From: Candidatus Xenobia bacterium
GTDB taxonomy: Bacteria; Vulcanimicrobiota; Xenobia; Xenobiales; QWHO01
NCBI GenBank assembly: GCA_045863235.1
Contig: BTUM01000004.1
Location: 32,001-96,000, forward strand
Direction: 5' to 3'
DNA: 64,000 nucleotides
Shown: positions 27,716-37,031 of the stretch, piece by piece
Position numbering within the stretch: position 1 is the stretch's first letter
Layout: each line of letters starts with the position of its first letter
Notes under the pieces: generated by a model
What the model was told of the DNA's origin: nothing
Seen by the model: only the letters and a program-made list of their open reading frames with translations
Databases searched by the model: none
Program-made: the position numbers and the translations under genes

Positions 27716-28900
27716 GTGAACGTGATCGTGCGCGCCGCCGATCCGCGCCGTGAGGCCGGACTGGCTAACGAGCTGAAGCGAGCGGGGGCCACCGCTCTGG
27801 TGGAGCTGCCCCTGGTGGACGGCTATGCCGCCCGGGTGGACGATGCGCAGCTCGACGAGCTGCGCAGGAGTGGCCTCAAGGTCGTGCCCGATCAGGCCTT
27901 CCACCTCGAAGAGCTCCCCCGGCCCGAGCAGCCCGGCCTGGAGATGGACTCGGCCGCACGCACCCTCGGTCTGCAGCAGCTCTGGGATCAAGGGCTCACC
28001 GGCAAAGGCGTGGCCATCGCTGTCATCGACACGGGGGTGGCTCCCCATCCCGACTTCTCAGGCCGCATCAGCGCTTTTGTGGACCTGGTGAACAACCGCA
28101 AGGACCCTTACGACGACCGCGGTCACGGCACCCACGTGGCTGGCATCGCGGTGGGCAGCGGCAAGGCCTCCCAGGGCAAATACTCGGGCGCGGCTCCGGA
28201 AGCGAACCTGGTGGCCCTCAAGGTGTTCGACCACGAGGGCAACACGAACTCCTCGCTGATCATCAAGGCTATCCAGTTTGCCGTCGAGAACAAAGAGCGC
28301 CTGGGCATCCGGGTGCTCAACATCTCGATTGGCGCCCCGCCCCAGATGAGCGCCCTGGACGATCCGGTGGTGCAGGCGGTGGAAGCCGCCACCCGTTCCG
28401 GCCTCCTCGTGGTTTGCGCGTCCGGCAATCGGGGACCCTGGCCGGACACCATCGACACCCCGGGCATCGCCCCCTCGGCCCTGACGGTGGGAGCCACCAA
28501 CGACATGAACACTCCCGACCTGAAGGACGACAAGGTCTCCCGCTTCAGCGGCTCGGGGCCCACCCCGATCGACAAGATCATGAAGCCCGATCTGGTGGCT
28601 CCCGGCGAGAACATCGTCTCCACCGGGCTCAAGGGCGACTACGTGGAGCAGTCGGGCACCTCGATGGCCACCCCGCTGGTCTCGGGCATCGCCGCCCTGC
28701 TCTATCAGGCCCACCCCCAGGTGCAGCCCAAGCAGATGAAATCGACCCTCAAGGGCACCGCCCAGAGGATCCGCAGCTACATCGAAGAGGTGCAGGGCAA
28801 GGGCGTGATCCAGCCGCTCAAGGCGAAGGCCGCCCTGGCCGGTACGCCCACCAGGGTGGCCGCAGACGTGCTCGCAACTCGGGTGGAGCCCCCACGGTAA
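27716..28900 (+). CDS. S8 subtilase, AprX-like, with short I9-like propeptide
   Basis: IDTG, HGTHVAG, GTSMATP; no signal peptide. Confidence 0.92.
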   Translation: MNVIVRAADPRREAGLANELKRAGATALVELPLVDGYAARVDDAQLDELRRSGLKVVPDQAFHLEELPRPEQPGLEMDSAARTLGLQQLWDQGLTGKGVAIAVIDTGVAPHPDFSGRISAFVDLVNNRKDPYDDRGHGTHVAGIAVGSGKASQGKYSGAAPEANLVALKVFDHEGNTNSSLIIKAIQFAVENKERLGIRVLNISIGAPPQMSALDDPVVQAVEAATRSGLLVVCASGNRGPWPDTIDTPGIAPSALTVGATNDMNTPDLKDDKVSRFSGSGPTPIDKIMKPDLVAPGENIVSTGLKGDYVEQSGTSMATPLVSGIAALLYQAHPQVQPKQMKSTLKGTAQRIRSYIEEVQGKGVIQPLKAKAALAGTPTRVAADVLATRVEPPR

Positions 28901-28929
28901 GCCTGCGGCTCGAGCCTCGTTTGTGCTGA

Positions 28930-29110
28930 CGCGACCAATTCTACGATCTCGACCAGGACGGTCGCTCCCGTCCCGAGGAGGTCAGAACGCTGGCCGAGCT
29001 GGGAGTGGTGGAGTTGAGCTGTCGCGGCCGCCAAGGCCGCTCTGACGAGGGGGTTCGCTTTGCCGACGGCCGAGTTCGGCCGACCTATGACTGGGTGGGC
29101 GAGGACCCTG
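28930..29110 (+). pseudogene. Fragment resembling the EF-hand-like Ca-binding module of RTX-type proteins
   Basis: Start-less frame DLDQDGRSRPEEVRTLAELGVVELS...FADGRVRPTYDW, preceded by an in-frame TGA at 28927. Confidence 0.45.
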
Positions 29111-29121
29111 ACCGGCGCAGG

Positions 29122-29480
29122 CTAGATCGGCCGCCAGCTCGCGCTGGCGTGCCTGACGCATCGCCTCGTCGGGAACTTGATCGCCTCGAAGTCGCTCCAG
29201 GCTGCAGCCACCACGCACTCCAGGCCCTCGGCGGTCAAGAGGCCCATCCGATTCAGTTGGATGGCCGCTCCCACGCAGGTATCGAAGAAAAGCAGTCCTT
29301 GCCGCTGGCATCGCTCGAGCCGCTCGGGGTCGAGCGGCCTGACCCGGTGGATCAACCCCGCCCGCACGTGCTCGGGAAAGCGCTCCAGGGCCTGGCCGAT
29401 GAACTCCGGGTCGGCCTGCCCGCGGTCTCCGAACATCACGATCGGCATCTCCGGGTAGAGTTTGCGGTTCCTGGCGGTAG
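29122..29480 (-). pseudogene. C-terminal fragment of an App1/DUF2183-like phosphatase
   Basis: RKLYPEMPIVMFGDRGQADPEF...FPEHVRAGLIHRV resembles the GDSGxxD..E motif region; no intact N-terminal half seen. Confidence 0.5.
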
Positions 29481-29870
29481 GGGGAGTTCGGCTCCCCGTC
29501 AGGGCCCTGGAGCTCCAGTCGAGTTGACCGACTGCAGCTGCTCACGAATGGCGAAGGAGCCTGGCATGAAGCTCAAGCGCATGTTCCGCCGTCGGCTGGG
29601 CGCGCTGGGGGCGTGCGCCAGGCTGCCGGTCAGCATGCTCGCCTCCGGCGCACGCAGGCAACGGGCCACTTTCTCACGGAGCTGCGGTAGCGCTCGAAGT
29701 TGCGCCACTTGCGCCGCCGGACCCAATCTCAGCGTCAGATTCCTTCAACAAGGGCTCTCCAGGGAGGCCAGCGGGCCGCGCTCCCGCCAGCAACCCCACT
29801 CAAACCGATCGGCCCAAGAATCTTCTGACCCGAAGACAGGGGGATCGATTTCCTAACGCCTCTTCGCGGG

Positions 29871-30251
29871 CTACGCGGCTGGCGGCTGCTGCTCGAGCGC
29901 CTCGAGCCGGCGGATCACGGCGGCCAGCTCGTCCTTCGTGGCCACCTGCCGGCGGAGCTCGAGGACCATCTGCTCGAGCGCGCCGAACAGCTTTGCCCAG
30001 CGGTCCTCGGTGTTCTTCAGGCGCGCCTCGGACTTCGACTGCTCGTCAGCTACGCCGTCGACCTTTTCCGAGATTGTCTGCATCTGCTTGCCCATCTGCA
30101 GCATCTGATCGCCGAGCAGGCGCATCATTCCGCCCACTTCCCGAGTCTTGTCCCGCTGCACGACGAGGCCGGCCAGCAGGTCCTGATGGTCGCTGGTCTG
30201 CTGCTGCTTCAGCTCTTGAATCTCTTGTTGCAACTGATTGAACTTGTCCAC
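29871..30251 (-). CDS. Small coiled-coil hypothetical protein
   Basis: AAGGAG upstream of GTG 30251; heptad-rich Q/E/L sequence. Confidence 0.65.
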   Translation of the reverse strand: MDKFNQLQQEIQELKQQQTSDHQDLLAGLVVQRDKTREVGGMMRLLGDQMLQMGKQMQTISEKVDGVADEQSKSEARLKNTEDRWAKLFGALEQMVLELRRQVATKDELAAVIRRLEALEQQPPAA

Positions 30252-30489
30252 ACTGCTGGCGCTCCTTGAACATTTGCTCCAGGACCGACCGCACCCAGGC
30301 AACTCCGCCCTGCTCATGCAACCCAGGCAAAAACCTCTGGTTCTGCGCGAACCATGAGTTGCGGCGCGCCGTAACGGTTAGGCTTTGTTGACGCGTACTT
30401 GCGAGGGCGTCCCCCGCCGCGCTTTGGGAGAGTTACACGGTCGGTCACTCCCTCAGCATATACCTGAAGTCAGAAATTCGGCCTTGCAC

Positions 30490-30587
30490 TTTAATATCCT
30501 CGAGGCGCGATTCATCCTCAGCGACTACCGGCGCAGATACAACGACGAGCGACCCCACAGCTCGCTTGGGTATTTGAAACCAACGGA
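30490..30587 (+). mobile_element. IS3-family transposase C-terminal remnant
   Basis: EARFILSDYRRRYNDERPHSSLGYLKPTE, the YN..RPHSSLGY..P integrase-core end motif; rest of the element absent. Confidence 0.75.
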
Positions 30588-30735
30588 GGCCATCACGGAC
30601 GCGAGCGGGGCTGTCGTGGCCCGCTACGAGTTCGACGCGTGGGGGGCCCAGCTCGGCTCCAGCTCGCCTTCTCGGGAGGGTTCAGCAACGGCTACGTGGG
30701 CGGTACGCACGGACGCGACCACCAGGCTCCTACGC
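30588..30735 (+). pseudogene. RHS repeat-associated core remnant
   Basis: AITDASGAVVARYEFDAWG, then GFSNGYVGG in a shifted frame and VRTDATT. Confidence 0.7.
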
Positions 30736-31079
30736 TCAACGGACCCTGGCCGGAGGCTTAAGGCCATGGAGCACTCCTGACCCGGTCACCATGAAGCCAG
30801 GTCGCCGGGCAGGCCGTCGCGCCCGGCCATCGCTTCGGCCAGGTGGCGCTGGAAGGTCTTGCCCGAAGTCTCAGACAGTGTCACGCTGTCTGCCATCGGC
30901 TCGAGGTCGCCCGGTTGGCCGTCTCGTCCGGCCAGGGCCAGAGCCAGTTGGTAGGTGAAGCGGTCGCGCCCGCCGGGCTGTCCGAATAACGAATTTCCGT
31001 TCACCAAAATGCACCCGCCAGATCCCAAAATCTTGTTCTATCTCTCTCTAAGCAGAACATAGGCAACAAGCCTGAAAGA

Positions 31080-31811
31080 ATGCTGAAAGAGGCGGCGAAG
31101 ATCCTTACCGTGCGGTTCTTTCTCCCCATCGCTCTTCTGCTTCTCGTGGGCCTGGCCCAGGATTGGCGCCGTTTAGAGCCGATTTCCCCGCCTCCAGCGG
31201 GGATGGTGCTCGTTCCGGCGGGCGAGTTCTGGATGGGCAGCGATGACCCCCGGGCCGACGAGGAGTCGCGGCCCCTGCACAGGGTCCGACTGCCGGCTTT
31301 CTACATCGACCGCACCGAGGTGACCAACCGCCAGGTGCGCTCGGTCAAGCCGGACTTCGCCTTCCCCGAGGGGCGCGAGGACCATCCGGCCACTGGCCTG
31401 ACCCGAGAGCAAGCCGAGCAGGTGCTGTCGGCCCTGGGCAAGCGCCTGCCCACCGGGGCCGAGTGGGAGAAGGCGGCCCGGGGCGAGGATGCTCGCACCT
31501 ACCCCTGGGGCGAGCATCCTCCCGAGGGGAGAGCCAACGTGGGGCGCATCGGCGAGCACAAGTGCGCCAGCCTCTCCCTGCAACCGGTGGGGAGCTATCC
31601 TCAGGGAGCCAGCCCTTACGGCTGCCTGGACATGATCGGCAACGCCTTCGAGTGGGTCTCTGACGACCACCCCGGCCCTCCCGTGCGCCACATCCTGCGC
31701 GGGGGGGCCATCGGCTACCCCGAGCGCTACTGCACCACCTACGCCGTGACCATCGAGGACACCGGCGTTACCTGAAACGAAGTCGGTTTTCGCGGAGCGA
31801 AGACACCATGA
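31080..31811 (+). CDS. FGE-sulfatase (SUMF1/EgtB/PvdO) domain exported protein; probable UGA read-through (Sec) at 31773
   Basis: MVLVPAGEFWMGS, FYIDRTEV, RLPTGAEWEKAARG, YPWG, DMIGNAFEWV, LRGG; after TGA 31773 the frame continues NEVGFRGAKTP to TGA 31809-31811. Without read-through the CDS ends at 31775. Confidence 0.85.
31785..31807 (+). promoter_or_regulatory. Candidate bacterial SECIS element
   Basis: GTTTTCGC-GGA-GCGAAGAC stem-loop starting at the 11th nt after the UGA; G-initiated loop 18 nt from the UGA. Confidence 0.65.
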
Positions 31812-32053
31812 CCTTGACAAAGCTGGTTCTGAAGGCGCTCTTGCTGGTGCTCCTGGGTTACACCCTGGGCACCCTGATCGTGTTCTGCCGCCTGCGCCCC
31901 CTGGTGGTGCTGCTCTACGCGGCCCCGGTCGGCCTGCTGCTCTATCTCTTGGCCCGCAAGATCCGCTCGCTGGGGCCGGCCAGGGAGCCCGAACGGGAAT
32001 GGGTGCCGGCCGGCGAGGCTCTGCGCACGACGCGCGGTAGCAAGCTCCTCTGA
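31808..32053 (+). CDS. Small two-TM membrane protein
   Basis: Two hydrophobic helices; ATGA overlap with the read-through stop of the FGE gene. Confidence 0.65.
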   Translation: MTLTKLVLKALLLVLLGYTLGTLIVFCRLRPLVVLLYAAPVGLLLYLLARKIRSLGPAREPEREWVPAGEALRTTRGSKLL

Positions 32054-32097
32054 GACCCGCCTGAAGGACTTTTCCATCCCCCTGCTAACCCTGCGCG

Positions 32098-33396
32098 ATG
32101 GATCTCCCCCGCCGCCTCGGATTGCTCGACGCCACCACGGTCGTGATCGGCAGCATGATCGGAGCGGGAATCTTCCTCAAAGCGGGCGAGATCGCCCAGA
32201 AGCTTCCCTCTCCCTGGCTGGCGGTCTCGGTGTGGGTGGTGGCCGGGCTGCTCTCCATGGCCGGGGCCTTGAGCATGGCCGAGCTGAGCTCGCGCTATCC
32301 CCACTCGGGCGGCCTCTACGTCTTCCTGCGCGAGGCCTATGGCGACAAGATGGCCTACCTGTTCGGCTGGTCGCTCCTCTCGGTGATGCAGACCGGGTCC
32401 ATCGCGGCCATCGCAGCCGGCGTCAGCCAGGGGATCGACGAGTTGCACCACCTGACCCCGTTTCAGTCCAACGCCATCGCCGTGGGTTGCATCGTCTTCC
32501 TGTCCGGGGTCAACATCTGGAGCGTGCGGGCCGTGGGGGCGATCCAGGTGTTCTTTACGGTGATCAAGTGCGGCGGCATCCTGGTCTTGATCGGGGGCGG
32601 ATTCTTGTCGACCGCCGGCAGCCTGGCCAACTTCGCGCCCGGCGAGGTGCCCGTGGGGCTGGCCTTCCTGGGGGCCTACGGGGTCTGCATGCTCAAGGCG
32701 CTCTGGGCCTATGACGGCTGGATCAACGCCACCTTCGTGGCCGGCGAGATCAAGGAGCCCAAACGCAATCTCCCCCTGGCCCTGGGGCTCGGCACGCTGA
32801 TCGTCATGCTCGTCTACGTGGCCACCAACGCCGCCTACCACTACGTGCTGCCGCTGTCCGAGGTGCAGCAGGCCGAGAACGCGGCCACGGTGCTGGCCCT
32901 GCACACCGGTGGGGCCCAGGCGGCCCTGCTGATGACCGCCCTGGTGGCCATCTCCACCTTCGGGGCCTTGAACAGCTCCATCCTCGCCGGGCCGCGGGTC
33001 TACTTTGCGATGGCCCGCGACCGGCTGATTTTCGCTCCCCTGGGCGCCGTCCACAGCTCCTTGTTGACTCCCCATTTCGCCATTCTGGTCCAGGCCGTCT
33101 GGTCGGTGGCCCTGCTGGCCCTGTGGGGCACCTTCGAGCGCATCACCGACAACGTGATGTTCATCTACTGGCTCTTCTATGCGCTGGGCGGCCTGGCCGT
33201 CTTCACCCTGCGAAAAAAGAACACCGACGAGGAGATCCCCTACCGCACCCCGGGTTACCCGGTTGTGCCCTTGCTGTTCGTGCTGGGAGCCATGGGGCTG
33301 GTGATCAACACCGTCATCCAGTCTCCCCGAGACTCAGCTCAGGCACTCGGGCTGATGATCATCGGGGCGGTGTTCTATCCACTTTTGAAGCGATGA
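32098..33396 (+). CDS. APC-family amino acid permease
   Basis: IGSMIGAGIF, AELSSRYPHSGG.Y, WAYDGW, GEIKEPKRNLP, RVYFAMARD. Confidence 0.93.
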   Translation: MDLPRRLGLLDATTVVIGSMIGAGIFLKAGEIAQKLPSPWLAVSVWVVAGLLSMAGALSMAELSSRYPHSGGLYVFLREAYGDKMAYLFGWSLLSVMQTGSIAAIAAGVSQGIDELHHLTPFQSNAIAVGCIVFLSGVNIWSVRAVGAIQVFFTVIKCGGILVLIGGGFLSTAGSLANFAPGEVPVGLAFLGAYGVCMLKALWAYDGWINATFVAGEIKEPKRNLPLALGLGTLIVMLVYVATNAAYHYVLPLSEVQQAENAATVLALHTGGAQAALLMTALVAISTFGALNSSILAGPRVYFAMARDRLIFAPLGAVHSSLLTPHFAILVQAVWSVALLALWGTFERITDNVMFIYWLFYALGGLAVFTLRKKNTDEEIPYRTPGYPVVPLLFVLGAMGLVINTVIQSPRDSAQALGLMIIGAVFYPLLKR

Positions 33397-34705
33397 AGCG
33401 GCGCAGCTCGTCGGCGCTGGCGGGCAGCGTCTGGCAGCGGGTCGGTCGGCCCTCGTAGTTGTCGCGTTCGAAGCGCACCTCGCGCCCGAGCGCCTCGCGC
33501 ACGGCTTCGGGAAACTTGATCGGGTCGGCCGTGGCCAGGCACACCATGGGCTCATCGCGTTCCAGGCGGGCCGCCACCGCCACGCCCGCGGCGGTGTGGG
33601 GATCGATCAGCTTCCCGTATCGCTCGTGGACGTCTCGAATGGTGGCCAGGATGTCCTGGCGGCTGGCCGAGCCGGATTCGAAGAGGGGATCGTCGCCCGG
33701 CACCTCCAGACGCCCGGTGCGGGCGAACTGCTCCATGGCGGCCGTCACGCCCTCCCCCAGGCGATAGAAAAGATAGCGCTCGAAGTTGCTGGCCACCTGG
33801 ATATCCATGGCCGGAGCCAGCGTATTCACCGCCTCGCCGCGCTGGTAGACGCCGGTCTGGAAGAAGCGCGCCAGGATGTCGTTGTCGTTGGTGGCCACCA
33901 CCAGGCGGGCGACGGGCAGGCCCATCCGGGAGGCATACCAGCCCGCCAGCACATCGCCGAAGTTGCCTGTGGGCACGCAGAAACTGACCCTCTCGGCCCC
34001 CGTCTCTCGGCGCACCTGGTGCCAGGCCGCGAAGTAGTAGACTGTCTGGGCCAGCACCCGGGCCCAGTTGACCGAGTTCACCGCTCCCAGGCGGTAGGCG
34101 CGCTTGAACTCGAGATCGGCGGAGAGCTCTTTGAGCAAATGCTGGCAGCCGTCGAAATCGGTCTCCACGGCCAGGTTGAAGACGTTGTCGTCCAGCACGC
34201 TGGTCATCTGCAGCTCTTGCACGCGCGAGATGCGACCCTTCGGGAACATCACGAAGATGCGGATTCGCTCACGGGCGCGCACACCGTAGATGGCCGCCCC
34301 CCCGGTATCCCCGCTGGTGGCGGCCAGGATGTTCAGCTCCTGGCCGCTTTGCCCGAGTAGATGCTCGAACAGCTCTCCCAGAAGCTGCAGGGCCACGTCT
34401 TTGAAAGAGTAAGTGGGGCCGTGGTAGAGCTCGAGCAAAAAGTCGTCTCCCAGTCGGGTCAGGGGGGCCACCCCCCGGGGCCAGCGCTCGGGGGCGTAAG
34501 CCCGGGCCAGCAGCTCGGGCCAGGGCAGGCCGGGGGCGAAGGGCTCGAGCACCGAGCGGGCCAGCTCGGGGTAGTCGGCCTCGGGGGGAGTGAGCGCCGG
34601 GATCGATTCGGGGATCAGCAGGCCGCCGTCCTCGGCCAGCCCCATCATCACCGCATCCTGGAAGGTCAGGCCGGCCGTCCGGCCGCGGGTAGAACGATAA
34701 CGCAC
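33359..34705 (-). CDS. thrC: Threonine synthase
   Basis: MRYRSTRG, GLAEDGGL, ELYHGPTYSFKD (PLP Lys), ATSGDTG, NSVNWAR, VPTGNFGD, DPHTA. Confidence 0.96.
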   Translation of the reverse strand: MRYRSTRGRTAGLTFQDAVMMGLAEDGGLLIPESIPALTPPEADYPELARSVLEPFAPGLPWPELLARAYAPERWPRGVAPLTRLGDDFLLELYHGPTYSFKDVALQLLGELFEHLLGQSGQELNILAATSGDTGGAAIYGVRARERIRIFVMFPKGRISRVQELQMTSVLDDNVFNLAVETDFDGCQHLLKELSADLEFKRAYRLGAVNSVNWARVLAQTVYYFAAWHQVRRETGAERVSFCVPTGNFGDVLAGWYASRMGLPVARLVVATNDNDILARFFQTGVYQRGEAVNTLAPAMDIQVASNFERYLFYRLGEGVTAAMEQFARTGRLEVPGDDPLFESGSASRQDILATIRDVHERYGKLIDPHTAAGVAVAARLERDEPMVCLATADPIKFPEAVREALGREVRFERDNYEGRPTRCQTLPASADELRRFIASKVDRTPPR

Positions 34706-34764
34706 GTTACCCGCGCTTCGTGGCCTTGCGCACCCTCTCCTTGAAGCGGTATAGTCCCCTGACG

Positions 34765-35508
34765 ATGGAATGGATCACCGACAGCGAGATCTGGATCAGC
34801 CTGATCACCCTCACCCTGCTCGAGATCGTGCTCGGGATCGACAACATCATCTTCCTGTCCATCCTGTCGGGACGCTTGCCCGCCGAGCAACAGCGACCGG
34901 CCCGGCGCATCGGCCTGGGGCTGGCCGTGTTCACCCGTTGCCTGCTCTTGCTGTCCTTGAACTGGGTTGCCAGTCTCACCACCCCCTGGTTCACCGTCGC
35001 CAAGCTCTCCATCAGCGGACGTGACTTCATCCTGATCGTGGGCGGGCTGTTCCTGCTCTTCAAGAGCACTCATGAGATCCATCTGCGCCTGGAAGGCGAG
35101 GAGGAGGAGCAGGGCGAGGTCAAGCCGGCCGGGCGCAACCAGTTCCTGCTGGTACTGGTCCAGATCCTGTTGCTGGACATAGTGTTCTCGCTCGACTCGG
35201 TGATTACGGCCGTGGGCATGGCCAGCAAGGTGCAGGTCATGATCGCCGCAGTCATCATCGCCATCGCCATCATGATGGTCGCGGCCGACGCCATCTCAGA
35301 CTTCGTCAACCGCCATCCCACCATCAAGATGCTGGCTCTCAGCTTCCTGCTCTTGATCGGCATGTCGCTGGTGGCCGAAGGGTTCGACCACCACATTCCC
35401 AAGGGCTACATCTACTTCTCGATGGCCTTCTCGGCCATGGTGGAAGCCCTCAACCTGCGCACCAAGAGCAAGCGCCGCCCGACCACGATGCCGGTGAGCG
35501 ATCAGTAA
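34765..35508 (+). CDS. TerC-family membrane protein
   Basis: LEIVLGIDNIIF, DIVFSLDSVITAVG, HPTIKMLALSFL, KGYIYF. Confidence 0.94.
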   Translation: MEWITDSEIWISLITLTLLEIVLGIDNIIFLSILSGRLPAEQQRPARRIGLGLAVFTRCLLLLSLNWVASLTTPWFTVAKLSISGRDFILIVGGLFLLFKSTHEIHLRLEGEEEEQGEVKPAGRNQFLLVLVQILLLDIVFSLDSVITAVGMASKVQVMIAAVIIAIAIMMVAADAISDFVNRHPTIKMLALSFLLLIGMSLVAEGFDHHIPKGYIYFSMAFSAMVEALNLRTKSKRRPTTMPVSDQ

Positions 35509-35903
35509 GTCGGATCGGTGCGTCCGAAGGTCCAGGGGCTGCTCAGATCGACCGGTTTGTGCTGCATCTGCTTCTTGAGCTCGGCCTGGACAAAGGCCTG
35601 AATGCGCTCGGCCTGCTCCTGGCTCAGCTCGAGAAACTCGAAGCCGTGGTCGAACATGCCGCTGACCGTCAGCTCGTTGCGCCAGCAAAGACGTGCCCTG
35701 GTATCCAGAGGAGGCTCGCGGGCATCGAGCTTGAGAGCCACCTGCAGGTCGTCTCCATCCGGCAACGGGCGCTCACAGGTGGCTCTGAAGCCCGAGACAC
35801 TCAGGTTGATGACGAACAGACGCACCTTGAGGCTGTCGTCCCCGGAGCCGATCTCGGCCCCCAGTACCTTGTTGACCCGGGGCTCTTTGCGATTCTCTTC
35901 CAC
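35502..35903 (-). CDS. PilZ-domain protein
   Basis: RKEPR (RxxxR) and NLSVSG ((D/N)xSxxG) c-di-GMP-binding motifs; GFEF. Confidence 0.85.
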   Translation of the reverse strand: MEENRKEPRVNKVLGAEIGSGDDSLKVRLFVINLSVSGFRATCERPLPDGDDLQVALKLDAREPPLDTRARLCWRNELTVSGMFDHGFEFLELSQEQAERIQAFVQAELKKQMQHKPVDLSSPWTFGRTDPTY

Positions 35904-35907
35904 CTGA

Positions 35908-36414
35908 CTAGTGCCGGAAGGGTTGCAGCACCTGGCGCAACTCGGTGAGCACACCCTCCACCAGGGTCTCCATTTCGGCCAGGCTGCCGGGCTCGGTCGC
36001 CCGGTCCAGGCGAATCTGGCGCTGGGCCGTGCCCAGAACGGAGTTGAGCTGATGGCTCAAACTGACCCCCATCTGAAGGGGCGCCTCGGTCAGCTTCTTG
36101 AAGTCGTTGGCGTAGAAGTCGAGCAAGGCCTGAGAGCTGGAGAGGAAGTTCTTGACCTGTCCCGTCAGGCTCAGGGTCACCAGGCGAGCCAGCTTGTTGG
36201 GGGGCCGGTGGAGGGTGGCGGACAGGTAGTAAAGCACCGGGTCTTTCTGCATCCGAAAGCGCACGCTGTGGTGGTCGGGGTCGGAAACGATGCCCACCAT
36301 GGGGAAGCCCTTACCCACCAGTACGGCGATCAACTGGCCGATCAGGATCTCGTCCAGGCTGTCGGAGACCTCCCGACGCAGCGCGAAATTCTCCAACATC
36401 GAAAAGGAAGGCAT
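35908..36414 (-). CDS. Hypothetical protein
   Basis: AAGGAG RBS, co-oriented tight spacing with neighbours, protein-like composition. Confidence 0.7.
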   Translation of the reverse strand: MPSFSMLENFALRREVSDSLDEILIGQLIAVLVGKGFPMVGIVSDPDHHSVRFRMQKDPVLYYLSATLHRPPNKLARLVTLSLTGQVKNFLSSSQALLDFYANDFKKLTEAPLQMGVSLSHQLNSVLGTAQRQIRLDRATEPGSLAEMETLVEGVLTELRQVLQPFRH

Positions 36415-36425
36415 TCTTTGCTCCT

Positions 36426-36998
36426 TCAGGAGGGGGTCAGCTCGAGCCGACCCCGCAAGACTCTCTTCAGGGCGTGCACGGCCGAATCGAGGTGGGATCG
36501 GATCAGCGGAACGTCGACCTCCAGGTCGTGCTTGAGATAGGTTCCGAGATCGAGCAGCAAGGGGATCTGGGCATACAAATATCCTCCCGACAGCTCGGCA
36601 TCGAAGGTCACCACCCCGGGCTCGTCGGTGGCCAAAAACGGGTGGCGCACCTCAGAGCGAAGCGTGCTCCAGCGGGCGCCCAGCTTCTCCACCCGCTCGC
36701 CGTAGCCGACCACCACCTCGGCCAGGTGACCCAGCACCTTCGAGACGGCCAGCTCTTCGGCCAGGTGCCGCAGCCGGAAGATCAAGCGGCTGTGGTCACC
36801 GGGTAATTCAAATCGAACGTAGTGATTGACTCCGTCGGAGTTGAGCTCGAGCATCTGGTAGCCCTCGCGCACACACGAGGCCACCACTGCACCGAGCAAG
36901 ACATCGTCCATCCGCTCGTTGTGGAACAGCTCCTCGTAGCGACTCCAGCTGTGCTGCAAGAGCTCGGCGAAGATGCTCTCCTTCTCGGCGTCATCCAT
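36426..36998 (-). CDS. Hypothetical protein
   Basis: Operon-like spacing and plausible globular composition; no family recognised. Confidence 0.7.
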   Translation of the reverse strand: MDDAEKESIFAELLQHSWSRYEELFHNERMDDVLLGAVVASCVREGYQMLELNSDGVNHYVRFELPGDHSRLIFRLRHLAEELAVSKVLGHLAEVVVGYGERVEKLGARWSTLRSEVRHPFLATDEPGVVTFDAELSGGYLYAQIPLLLDLGTYLKHDLEVDVPLIRSHLDSAVHALKRVLRGRLELTPS

Positions 36999-37031
36999 GG
37001 GCGTGGGGTTCGAAGCCGCCCGGGTAGGATC

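Noticed and set aside
29005..29856. 283-aa plus-strand ORF as a real gene
   Set aside because: Only its first ~35 codons look protein-like (part of the EF-hand remnant); the rest overlaps minus-strand remnants and has shadow-like composition.
31773..31775. Genome-wide UGA reassignment (genetic code 4 or 25)
   Set aside because: Many complete genes here (coaE, rpsA, prfC, response regulator) end at TGA in the expected place, so any read-through must be site-specific.
31080..31811. FGE or DUF1566 lectin-fold genes as diversity-generating retroelement targets
   Set aside because: No reverse transcriptase and no template/variable repeat pair seen in the window.
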